From Chthoniobacter flavus (GTDB taxonomy: Bacteria; Verrucomicrobiota; Verrucomicrobiia; Chthoniobacterales; JACTMZ01), in contig CAMDUL010000012.1 in the NCBI GenBank assembly GCA_945878135.1, positions 15,637 through 79,636 on the forward strand: a stretch of DNA of 64,000 nucleotides. The letters are read 5' to 3'. The notes under the pieces are model-generated. The model worked only from the letters and a program-made list of their open reading frames with translations. It was not told the origin of the DNA and made no database searches. Shown piece after piece: positions 18,388-30,828 of this stretch. The first letter of the stretch is position 1, and every line of letters begins with the position of its first letter. The position numbers and the translations under genes are program-made.

Positions 18388-18469
18388 TTGAGTGGGGAGT
18401 GGAGATCATATCGCGAGGAGTCGGCGGCGCAAGAATAACGTGCGGCGCAGACTCCGCGGACGGGGCCCC

Positions 18470-19141
18470 TCAGGGCGCGCGCAGGCCGGCCGCAACCGGA
18501 ACCGCCAAGTGCCGCGCAAACCAGTCTGCCGCCAGCCGCGCCACCTCTTCCAGCGTGCCCGGCTCCTCGAACAGATGCGTCGCACCCGGAACGATGACGA
18601 GCTCCACCGGACAACGCATGCGTGCCCTCGCCTCCTCGTTCATTCCGATGACCGCTTCGTCCAAACCCCCGACCACAAGCAGCGTCGCACACTCCACTTT
18701 CGGCAGCGCACGGCCGGCCAAATCGGGCCGTCCTCCGCGTGACACCACGGCGCGAACATTTCCCGGCAGTGCCGCGGCCGCGACCAAAGCCGCCGCCGCC
18801 CCGGTGCTTGACCCGAACAACCCCACGGGCAACTCCGACAGTTCCTCGCGCTCTCCCGCCCACTGCACGACCCGCGCCACGCGCCGGCCGAGCAGACCGA
18901 TGTCGAACCGCAGCTCGCGCGTCATTTCATCGACCTGCTCCTCGTCCTCGGTCAGCAGATTGATGAGCAAAGTCCCGAGCCCCGCGCGGTTGACCACCCC
19001 GGCGACGTAACGATTGCGCGGACTACGACGACTGCTTCCACTGCCGTGGGCGAAGATGACCAGACCCCGTGCCTCCGGTGGCAAGGTCAGATCCCCGTGC
19101 AGCACGGCATCAGTCAGATCGATCTCCACCGGCCGCGTCAT
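18470..19141 (-). CDS. dienelactone hydrolase-family alpha/beta hydrolase
   Basis: GLVIFAHGSGSSRRSPRN...GLFGSSTGAAAAL (nucleophile elbow GxSxG)...LLVVGGLD...PGATHLFEEPG. Confidence 0.8.
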   Translation of the reverse strand: MTRPVEIDLTDAVLHGDLTLPPEARGLVIFAHGSGSSRRSPRNRYVAGVVNRAGLGTLLINLLTEDEEQVDEMTRELRFDIGLLGRRVARVVQWAGEREELSELPVGLFGSSTGAAAALVAAAALPGNVRAVVSRGGRPDLAGRALPKVECATLLVVGGLDEAVIGMNEEARARMRCPVELVIVPGATHLFEEPGTLEEVARLAADWFARHLAVPVAAGLRAP

Positions 19142-19806
19142 AGTGAACGCCCCCGGTGGCGCGCGAGCAAGGTGCGCACTTCGTCATCGGTGGTCTGCCC
19201 GAAATCTTCATACCACTGCCCCACCGCGGAGAACCACGAGGGCTTTTCCAGCACGACCACGTCATCCGCGGCCTCTTCGAGCGAGGCCACCGAATCGGCC
19301 GCCCCGACCGGCGCTGCCGCAATGATGCGCGCCGCCCCGAGCGCGCGGAGCGTTTGCAAACCCGCCCGCATCGTCGCCCCCGTGGCCACGCCGTCGTCGA
19401 CCACGATCACCGTTTTCCCCCCGACCTCCAAAGCTTGATGCCCGTCCCGGTAGGCTGTGACCCGCCTGGCCAGTTCGCCCTGCTCCCGTGCCGCAATCCG
19501 GTCGATCGCCTCAGGGCTCAGCCCCACATCACGGAGGAGTTGTTCGTTCAAAACCCGCACCCCGCCTTCCCCGATCGCGCCAATGGCCAGTTCGGACTGC
19601 CCTGGCGCCCCGAGTTTGCGCACCACGAGAACATCGAGCGGCGCCTGCAAGAACTGCGCCACCTCCGCCGCCACCGGCACCCCGCCGCGCGGCAAACCCA
19701 GCACGACCACATCGTCACGTCCGGCGTAGGCCCCCAGAGCACGCCCCAGCAACCGCCCCGCCTCGACCCGGTTCCGGAATACGCGTTCCGCCGATTCCCC
19801 TTTCAC
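19138..19806 (-). CDS. phosphoribosyltransferase-family protein (COG1926-like)
   Basis: FRNRVEAGRLLG...VVVLGLPRGGVPVAAEVA. PRPP loop KTVIVVDDGVATGATMRAG. 4-nt overlap with the downstream hydrolase gene. Confidence 0.85.
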   Translation of the reverse strand: MKGESAERVFRNRVEAGRLLGRALGAYAGRDDVVVLGLPRGGVPVAAEVAQFLQAPLDVLVVRKLGAPGQSELAIGAIGEGGVRVLNEQLLRDVGLSPEAIDRIAAREQGELARRVTAYRDGHQALEVGGKTVIVVDDGVATGATMRAGLQTLRALGAARIIAAAPVGAADSVASLEEAADDVVVLEKPSWFSAVGQWYEDFGQTTDDEVRTLLARHRGRSL

Positions 19807-19865
19807 ACCTCAACTTTCACCCCGCATCGCCGCGACGCAACCCCGCGAAACCGGGGGTGAACACC

Positions 19866-19950
19866 TGCCGGCGGCGGGACTCGAACCCACACGGGATTTT
19901 ACTCCCAGCGGATTTTAAGTCCGCTGTGTCTGCCATTCCACCACGCCGGC
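19866..19950 (-). tRNA. tRNA-Leu (anticodon UAA)
   Basis: Reverse complement reads GCCGGCGTGGTGGAATGGCAGACACAGCGGACTTAAAATCCGCTGGGAGTAAAATCCCGTGTGGGTTCGAGTCCCGCCGCCGGCA. Long variable arm, anticodon loop CTTAAAA. Confidence 0.95.
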
Positions 19951-20029
19951 GGATGACCACAGAGTGTGAACAGAAGGAAACGAAGTCAACAAAGGCCGGA
20001 CTTACTCGCACAAGCTGCGGACCGGCGAC

Positions 20030-20716
20030 CTACCGCCGCCTCGACAACCACAGCGCGCCTGCGCCGGTCAAGAGCAGCAGGGCGCAGGTCGAGGGCTCGG
20101 GGACGGCCCCGATATTGTCGACGAGGATGGTGTTGACCGAAGTGCCGGCCTGCAGGAGGTCTCCGTTGGCCCGGTAGCTCACACTGCCGCCTCCGGCGAG
20201 AATGCTGAAGCGCGTCACTCCGGACATCGTGCCGGCCAAGACTCCCGTTCCCCCGCTGCCGGCCGCGTAGGTGAAGTTGCCCGGGGCCAGCGAAAAGGAA
20301 TATTCCGTCCATCCGGCGCCGACGCCTTGTGCCGCGGAGTAAAACCATCCTCCCGGGCCATCAAAGGCGACCCGCATGCTGACCGGAGCCGTGCCCGCAC
20401 TGACGTTGGCCCAGAGGCTGATACCGGTCACCCCGGCGGAGATGTAGTCGCCCAACCACTGCGACTGGCCGCTCCACATGAGCCACTTGCCATTGGCCCC
20501 GCCGCCATCGGAAAAGTGGCTGAGGTAGCCGATCTGGCTGTCCGGCCCGGCCGAAGCCACGCGCGCAGGCTGCACCCCGGCACCGCCGATCTGCCAGCCT
20601 TCATTGGAAGCGGCGAAGGTGTCGAGCGAGGACGTGGTGATGAGCGCCGAGGCGGGTGCTACGGGAAGGACAGCAAACCAAACCGCGGCCAGAGGAAGTA
20701 GCGGGCGGGTATTCAT
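20030..20716 (-). CDS. PEP-CTERM secreted protein
   Basis: Start at MNTRPLLPLAAVWFAVLPVAPASA (ORF extends upstream to 21013 without support). C-terminus VPEPSTCALLLLTGAGALWLSRRR. Confidence 0.8.
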   Translation of the reverse strand: MNTRPLLPLAAVWFAVLPVAPASALITTSSLDTFAASNEGWQIGGAGVQPARVASAGPDSQIGYLSHFSDGGGANGKWLMWSGQSQWLGDYISAGVTGISLWANVSAGTAPVSMRVAFDGPGGWFYSAAQGVGAGWTEYSFSLAPGNFTYAAGSGGTGVLAGTMSGVTRFSILAGGGSVSYRANGDLLQAGTSVNTILVDNIGAVPEPSTCALLLLTGAGALWLSRRR

Positions 20717-20750
20717 GGGGAGTGTGAAATGCAAGTTTGGCAACACCCGC

Positions 20751-21503
20751 TCAGCCAACCAAGCAAGATTCGCCACTGCTGCGTGGCGTCGCCGCTTTTC
20801 CACGGAGAGACAAACGCGGTGAACCAGGCGCTTTTCTGCACAACCGGCCGAGTGCGCCGGCGGCAGCTGCCAAAAGCAAAGCCCAGGTCGAAGGCTCGGG
20901 GACTGGTGTGCCGACCAAGCGGGAAGGTTTGCCGTAGTTGTATTCGAGCGAGCTGAATACATCCGTCCCGGAATCGGTCCGCAGGTTAAAACCGAAGAAG
21001 GCGCCCGGGACATTGCGCACGAAGGAGGTTACGTTGAAAAACGCGTCCTCTCCGTAACCGAGATCGGGAGGCAGCGTGAGGGTGCCGAGAAAAACACCGG
21101 CATTGTAGTCCGCCCCGGTGATCGCGCCGTCCGCGTTGCCGTAGCCGTAAATGTCGACCGTGGAGTCATAGAGCGGCAACGCGTAAGGATTGAGCGCCAG
21201 TTCGAACGAGAGGAACGGCCCGGCGTCGACCGCGGCAAACTCGAGCGCGCCCTGCAGGGAGTAGGAGGCCATGACATATTGGTTGGTGATGGCCGTGGCG
21301 GACGAGTAGATGGTGCCGTCCGCCACCGGCAGAATGTCGGCGTCTCCAGCTGCGACTGCCGAGATCAGAGAGCCGGCGGCCGTGGTGGAAAGCGGACCGT
21401 CGGTGTCCGCGCCCGCGATAACCAAGGCGTGGCAGCGCGATACGTTGAAAGCCAATGCGGCGAACAACACGGCAAGGAGATACACTAGAGTGCGTGCAGG
21501 CAT
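20751..21503 (-). CDS. PEP-CTERM-type secreted protein with a 27-aa extension after the sorting signal
   Basis: Start MPARTLVYLLAVLFAALAF. VPEPSTWALLLAAAAGALGRLCRK is followed by APGSPRLSLRGKAATPRSSGESCLVG before the stop. Confidence 0.7.
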   Translation of the reverse strand: MPARTLVYLLAVLFAALAFNVSRCHALVIAGADTDGPLSTTAAGSLISAVAAGDADILPVADGTIYSSATAITNQYVMASYSLQGALEFAAVDAGPFLSFELALNPYALPLYDSTVDIYGYGNADGAITGADYNAGVFLGTLTLPPDLGYGEDAFFNVTSFVRNVPGAFFGFNLRTDSGTDVFSSLEYNYGKPSRLVGTPVPEPSTWALLLAAAAGALGRLCRKAPGSPRLSLRGKAATPRSSGESCLVG

Positions 21504-21555
21504 CGCGGGGACTGTGCCGTCGCCGCTTTGCGAGGCAGGGGCGGGCCCGGTGAAC

Positions 21556-22380
21556 TCAGCGTTTTCTCCGCGCCCACCACATGGCACCCGCACCGGTCAT
21601 GAGCAACAAGGCGTAGGTCGAGGGCTCGGGGACGACGGTTGGCGTGACGGAGAGGTTGTCCACCGAGGTGGTGGTCTGTCCGAGGACACTGGCGGCCGAC
21701 AGATTGGCCGTGTATTGGAGGAGCATGCCGGAGATTTTGCTGTCCGGCGCGAGACCGAAGTGGGCTTTGATCGTATTGAGGTCGAGTTGGACGCTCCCGC
21801 TCCATGTGCCGCTGGCGAGACCTCCCGGGCCGGAGACCGAGGCGCTCGCCGGCACCAACGGGATCGAGCCGGCGTAAGGGGCACCCGAGCTGAAGGGAAG
21901 GTTGTCCACTTCATTGAGCGCCAGCGTGTAGGAAGCGGTGAAGCTGGCAAAGGCTTGCGACTGGGGCGAAGGGCCGGAAGGAGCAGACAGCGTGTAGGAA
22001 CCGGAATTGGTCAGTTGCAGGATCGATCCGCCATCCGCCCCGAACCACAAACCGGGAGCGGCTTGGATATCCATTTGCAACTGGCTCGTCTTGGTCTTCA
22101 AGTCGAAGGGCAAAGCCGGGTCGGTTTGGATGGAATTGGTCGGCGTGAAATTAAGCGTCGGTGTCAATCCTTCCGAAAGCGTCGGATTGGGCGGCACTAA
22201 AAACGCGGGCGGAACATCCGGTCCGCTCTCGGTCACATTAAGGAAGCTGACCGTTGAATTGGTGTAATCTCCGTGGACAATCTGCGCCGGTGCGGAACCA
22301 ACAACCACACAACCGACAATCATGATCGAGAGAATCAAACGCCAAGCAGGTGATAAGTGTGTTTTCATGGGTGTAATCAA
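21556..22380 (-). CDS. PEP-CTERM secreted protein (paralog B)
   Basis: Signal peptide (alternative start 22368, MKTHLSP). C-terminus VPEPSTYALLLMTGAGAMWWARRKR. Alignable along its whole length with 23634-24455. Confidence 0.8.
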   Translation of the reverse strand: MITPMKTHLSPAWRLILSIMIVGCVVVGSAPAQIVHGDYTNSTVSFLNVTESGPDVPPAFLVPPNPTLSEGLTPTLNFTPTNSIQTDPALPFDLKTKTSQLQMDIQAAPGLWFGADGGSILQLTNSGSYTLSAPSGPSPQSQAFASFTASYTLALNEVDNLPFSSGAPYAGSIPLVPASASVSGPGGLASGTWSGSVQLDLNTIKAHFGLAPDSKISGMLLQYTANLSAASVLGQTTTSVDNLSVTPTVVPEPSTYALLLMTGAGAMWWARRKR

Positions 22381-22410
22381 ATATCATCATCACAAAGCAC
22401 TTCCCGCAAG

Positions 22411-22438
22411 ACTATAGTTCTTTACCGTTGGCCCTCAA
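22411..22438 (-). promoter_or_regulatory. sigma70-like promoter candidate TTGAGG-N16-TATAGT upstream of PEP-CTERM paralog B
   Basis: Read on the minus strand ~25 nt upstream of the start codon. The hexamers are reasonable, but promoter rules for this phylum are uncertain. Confidence 0.3.
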
Positions 22439-22446
22439 CGCTTTGC

Positions 22447-22476
22447 AAAAGGACCGGATGACTGTTTGTCGGGTCC
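22447..22476 (-). terminator. stem-loop followed by UUUUG (minus strand) closing the ORF-free 600-nt region
   Basis: Minus strand GGACCCGACAAACAGUCAUCCGGUCCUUUUG. GGACC/GGUCC outer stem with inner GAC/GUC. The loop is large, so only moderate support. Confidence 0.35.
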
Positions 22477-23039
22477 ACCGCAGGATCCCCTGCGCCAGGA
22501 GCATGGATCGGGGTTGCAGGGACAACCAGAGCGGCGATGGAAAAACATCGGGCGGAGCTGCTGCTTTGCGAGCGGCGCGATGGTTTACAAGGCGTTGACC
22601 GCGCCGCTCGCCGGCATCCGCACTTTGACATAAAGCGAGTTGCGGAAGAACAACGCTCATTCGCTCATCGGGACTTCCTCCCCCCGTGTCGCACGGTGAA
22701 TGGCGAAATGATTGGGTGCCGGCAACGATGGCCGGTGAGATTTTCAAACTGTCACCGGCAGCGCGCCGATGACGACGGCCGAGGCAACCGTGCTCCCCGG
22801 GACCGGGGGTGCTGGCTAGACTGAACGCTGCGACTCCGACCCGCAGCCTTATACCAGCATCCTCTTGCTTTTCGACTATTGGTCGAGTGGTAGGGCTGGG
22901 CTTTTGCCTAGGGGCCATCTTCACTGCGCTCCGGTTGGACCGGCCGCGTCGAATCCCCGAGAAGGTTCGCGGTCGGCCCGGAGGTCCGACCCTGCCCCGC
23001 GGCCGAAGGACAAAGTCCAAATGCGATGGGTCCTTGGTA

Positions 23040-23519
23040 TTAGTTGTCCGCGCGGTAGGTCTCCGGGAGATAGATCACGCCATAAAGCGCGGTGAGGTTG
23101 CGGCCGTCGGGCGTGTCGGGGGCGAAGATGGCATCGACCGGACCGGCGACGCTGAGGACATTGCCATCCTGGCGCGACACTTCGGTTCCGAAGAGCGGAG
23201 GCTGATCGGGCGACAGCAGGGCATCGAACTTGTCCGCAGGAAACCAATAGGCCGTGAGAAAGATGACCTTTTCACCTTGCTCCACCGGGCGGTAGTAGAG
23301 GGTGGTGGACGCGAGGGCGCCCGCCCTTTCGACCTCTTGCCCGAACGGACCTTCGACCGGCCCGGTTTCCAACCGCGGCGCGAGGGCCGGCGGCACGTTC
23401 ATGGCGAAGGGCACCGGTGACAAAGACACGGCAGCATCAGGCTGCGGCGAACAAGCGGCGAGCAGGACGATGGCGGCCAAGGGAAGGTGTGACCGGAAGA
23501 AGGCAAATCTTTCAAACAT
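23040..23519 (-). CDS. hypothetical lipoprotein
   Basis: Lipobox AIVLLAAC|S. No recognised domain. Confidence 0.6.
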   Translation of the reverse strand: MFERFAFFRSHLPLAAIVLLAACSPQPDAAVSLSPVPFAMNVPPALAPRLETGPVEGPFGQEVERAGALASTTLYYRPVEQGEKVIFLTAYWFPADKFDALLSPDQPPLFGTEVSRQDGNVLSVAGPVDAIFAPDTPDGRNLTALYGVIYLPETYRADN

Positions 23520-23580
23520 GATCTGTGCTTACCCGACCGTGATGCTTATGCCAAACACGTTCGTCCGTCCGGCCTGCGGC

Positions 23581-23610
23581 AAAAAAAACGCGCGCCTCGC
23601 GGCGCGCGTT
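23581..23610 (-). terminator. rho-independent terminator after PEP-CTERM paralog A
   Basis: Minus strand AACGCGCGCC-GCGA-GGCGCGCGTTTTTTTT, located 25 nt after the stop at 23634. Confidence 0.7.
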
Positions 23611-23633
23611 CTTGGAAGCAAAACCCTGTGTGC

Positions 23634-24455
23634 TTAGCGACGACGGCGGCGGAGCACATGGGCGCCAAGGCCGGCTGCAGCCCTGGTGAGCAAGGCGTAG
23701 GTTCCGGGTTCCGGAATGGTGGCATTGACCACATTGAAGTTGAGCAGGGTAGCGGTGGATTGTCCGTAGACCCCGGCAGCCGAGAGGTTCGCCGTGTATT
23801 GGAGCAACATGCCGGTGACATTGCTGGTCGGCGCGATGCCGAAATGGGCCTTGATCGTGTTGATGTCGAGCTTGACGCTCCCGTTCCAGGTGCCGGAGGC
23901 ACTGCCGCCGGGCCCGATGATCGAGGCACCCGAAGGAACGAGGACCACGTTGGCCGAGTAGGGAGCGCCCGAGCTGTAAGGAGCGTTGTCCACTTCGTTG
24001 ACCACCAGTGTGTAGGATGCGGTGAAGCTGGCGAAGGCCTGCGATTGCGGCGTAGGACCGAACGGGGCGACCAGACTGTAGGAACCGGCAGTGTAAAGTT
24101 CGAGAGGCTTGGTGCCATCCACATCGTCGAACCACAGTCCGTCAGCCGCTTGCATATCGATCTGGAGCTGGCTCGATTTTGTCTTGAGGTCGAAAGCCAA
24201 GCTCTGGTCGGTCTGGATGAAGTTGTTCGGCGCGAAGGAAAGTTGCGATTCGGGATCGGCCGTAGTCGTCGGCAGGGGCGGCGCGAAGAGCGTGGGCGGA
24301 ACGCTCGGTCCGCTTTCGGTCACATTGAGGTAACTCACCTTGGAGTTGACGAAGTCGCCGTGGATGATTTGCGCCGAAAGCGAAGAGATCGCTGAGGCGC
24401 CAATGATCATCGTCATAAACGCAGAACGTAGAGGAAGGAGGTTCACTTGTTTCAT
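23634..24455 (-). CDS. PEP-CTERM secreted protein (paralog A)
   Basis: Signal peptide MKQVNLLPLRSAFMTMIIGASAISSLSA. Shared blocks with paralog B include YLNVTESGP, FDLKTKSSQLQ, PQSQAFASFTASYTL, NEVDN, INTIKAHFG and MLLQYTANLSAA. C-terminus IPEPGTYALLTRAAAGLGAHVLRRRRR. Confidence 0.8.
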   Translation of the reverse strand: MKQVNLLPLRSAFMTMIIGASAISSLSAQIIHGDFVNSKVSYLNVTESGPSVPPTLFAPPLPTTTADPESQLSFAPNNFIQTDQSLAFDLKTKSSQLQIDMQAADGLWFDDVDGTKPLELYTAGSYSLVAPFGPTPQSQAFASFTASYTLVVNEVDNAPYSSGAPYSANVVLVPSGASIIGPGGSASGTWNGSVKLDINTIKAHFGIAPTSNVTGMLLQYTANLSAAGVYGQSTATLLNFNVVNATIPEPGTYALLTRAAAGLGAHVLRRRRR

Positions 24456-24624
24456 GGTTGGGGTGTGTTGAAGGTTGGGGTTCTTACGAGAGAGAAAATA
24501 GGCGCCACTCCTGCCCTGCGCAAGAAAAATTTGCGGTATTATTGATCCTTACTTCCCCTTTCGCGACCCCTTGCCTTCAAGGCCGAGGAAGTCCCTCAGG
24601 CGGCCGGCCCGGCGTGTCCCATCC

Positions 24625-26109
24625 TCAAGGTAAGTTGCTGGAACCCAACAAGTAACGGTCACATTCCCGGGCGGCGGCACGGCCTTCATTGATTGCCCAG
24701 ACGACCAAGCTTTGGCCGCGGCGCATGTCACCGGCGGCGAAAATGCCGGGGACGCTCGTCGCGAATTTGCCGTAGTCGGCTTTGACGTTGCTGCGCTCGT
24801 CGGCGGCCAGGCCGAGTTTTTCGACGAGGGGTTTTTCCGGTCCGAGAAAACCCATGGCGAGCAGGACGAGTTGTCCGGGAATGACCTTTTCCGTGCCGGC
24901 GACATCGACCGGCGCGTAGCGGCCGTTGGCGTCGAGCTTCCATTCGATCTGCACGGTGTGCAGTTCGTTGACGCGTCCGTCTTTGTCACCGGTGAATTTT
25001 TTCGTCGTGGTGCAATAGACGCGCGGGTCGGCGCCGTAGAGCGCGGCGGCTTCTTCCTGTCCGTAATCCATGCGGTAAATCTTCGGCCATTCGGGCCAAG
25101 GGTTGTTCGCGGCGCGGGCGGCGGGCGGCTTGGGGAGAATCTCCAACTGCGTGACGCTCTTGCAGCCTTGGCGGATGGAAGTGCCGACGCAATCGGTGCC
25201 GGTGTCGCCGCCGCCGATGACGACGACGTGCCGGTCTTTGGCCGAGATATGCTCGGGCACCTCGGTGCCGTCGAGAAGGCACTTGGTGTTGGTGGTGAGG
25301 AATTCCATGGCGGGAAAAATCCCGGCCAAGTCACGGCCTTCGATCGTGAGGTCGCGGGGCTGTGTCGCGCCGCAGCAGAGAACGACGGCGTCGAAATCTT
25401 TGACCAGTTTCTCCGCGGGATAGTTTTGTCCGACGTTCGCGTTGGTGACGAAGTCGATGCCTTCGGCGGCGAGGATATCGACGCGGCGTTGGACGATGTC
25501 GTCCTTGTCCAACTTCATGTTGGGGATGCCGTAGGTGAGGAGCCCGCCGATGCGGTCGGCACGCTCGAGGACGGTGACAAGGTGGCCGGCTTTGTTCAAC
25601 TGGTCGGCGCAGGCCAGTCCGGCCGGGCCGGATCCGACCACGGCAACTTTTTTACCGGTGCGTTTTTTTGGCGGATTGGGGACGACCCAGCCTTCCTCGA
25701 AGCCGCGTTCGATGATGGAAAACTCGATGTTCTTGATCGTGACCGGCGGCTCGATGATGCCGAGGACGCAGGCGCCTTCGCACGGCGCGGGGCAGACGCG
25801 GCCGGTGAATTCGGGGAAGTTGTTCGTCTTGTGCAGGCGGTCGAGCGCTTCGCGCCAGAGGCCGCGGTAGACGAGATCGTTGAATTCGGGGATGAGGTTG
25901 TTGATCGGGCAACCGCTGGCCGCGCCGTTGAGGATCATGCCGGTCTGGCAGAAAGGCGTGCCGCAATCCATGCAACGTGCGCCCTGCTCGCGGAGTTTTT
26001 CCTCGGCGGTGTGCGCGTGGAATTCCTCCCAATCGCGGATGCGCTCGAGCGGCGAGCGGTCGGCGGGAATCTCGCGGGTGAATTCTTTGAATCCGGTCGG
26101 CTTGCCCAT
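24625..26109 (-). CDS. gltD: glutamate synthase (NADPH) small subunit
   Basis: [10 protein letters not shown]...[11 protein letters not shown]...[15 protein letters not shown]...[17 protein letters not shown]...[16 protein letters not shown]. Confidence 0.95.
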   Translation of the reverse strand: MGKPTGFKEFTREIPADRSPLERIRDWEEFHAHTAEEKLREQGARCMDCGTPFCQTGMILNGAASGCPINNLIPEFNDLVYRGLWREALDRLHKTNNFPEFTGRVCPAPCEGACVLGIIEPPVTIKNIEFSIIERGFEEGWVVPNPPKKRTGKKVAVVGSGPAGLACADQLNKAGHLVTVLERADRIGGLLTYGIPNMKLDKDDIVQRRVDILAAEGIDFVTNANVGQNYPAEKLVKDFDAVVLCCGATQPRDLTIEGRDLAGIFPAMEFLTTNTKCLLDGTEVPEHISAKDRHVVVIGGGDTGTDCVGTSIRQGCKSVTQLEILPKPPAARAANNPWPEWPKIYRMDYGQEEAAALYGADPRVYCTTTKKFTGDKDGRVNELHTVQIEWKLDANGRYAPVDVAGTEKVIPGQLVLLAMGFLGPEKPLVEKLGLAADERSNVKADYGKFATSVPGIFAAGDMRRGQSLVVWAINEGRAAARECDRYLLGSSNLP

Positions 26110-26112
26110 AAG

Positions 26113-30705
<4,593 letters not shown>

Positions 30706-30795
30706 GGTCTTGGCCGGTCGGGACCGGACGGATCGTTAAAGGTATTTATTTCGGCGAGAGGGGCAAAGAAAAACTGACCTCTCGGCGGCTGAAAA

Positions 30796-30811
30796 AGCAA
30801 CGTCCGTGCCA
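30796..30811 (-). promoter_or_regulatory. sigma54 (RpoN) -24/-12 promoter upstream of gltB
   Basis: Minus strand TTGGCACGGACGTTGCTT matches YTGGCACGR-N3-TTGCW exactly. It sits ~90 nt upstream of the gltB ATG. Confidence 0.55.
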
Positions 30812-30828
30812 AGTCCGGCGGACGCCGG

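Noticed and set aside
18388-18469. tRNA-Phe and tRNA-Leu as ends of a classical integrated island (attL/attR).
   Set aside because: No integrase gene is present. No direct repeat of a tRNA 3' end is visible flanking the two-gene insert, and the two tRNAs differ in identity. It is kept only as a low-certainty hypothesis in the findings.
22440-22690. Possible RNase P RNA. The minus strand has GGGGGGAGGAAGTCCCG (22670-22681), resembling the P4 GAGGAAAGUCCGGGC box.
   Set aside because: One A is missing. There is no complementary ACAGAACCCGGCUUA-type P4 3' strand and no GGUAAGAGCGCACC (P10-P12 region) motif. The spacing is too short.
22640-23010. Possible tmRNA (ssrA) on the minus strand. GGGGATTCGAC (22948-22958) resembles the tmRNA 5' GGAUUCGAC box. 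GCAAAAGCC...CCAATAGTCGAAAAGC (around 22873-22905) resembles the E. coli PK1/resume-codon region (AAAAGCCGCAAAAAAUAGUCGCA).
   Set aside because: No GGGG acceptor 5' end sits at the right distance. No T-arm (GGUUCGAnUCC) or ACCA 3' end is found anywhere in the region. No frame gives a short tag ending in a hydrophobic/AA C-terminus followed by a stop. It needs a covariance-model scan to settle; by eye it fails the core tRNA-like features.
22412-23020. A 202-aa minus-strand ORF covering the spacer between the lipoprotein and PEP-CTERM paralog B.
   Set aside because: The composition is Arg/Gly/Pro-rich with no recognisable motif, signal peptide or TM segment. This is typical of a chance ORF in GC-rich DNA.
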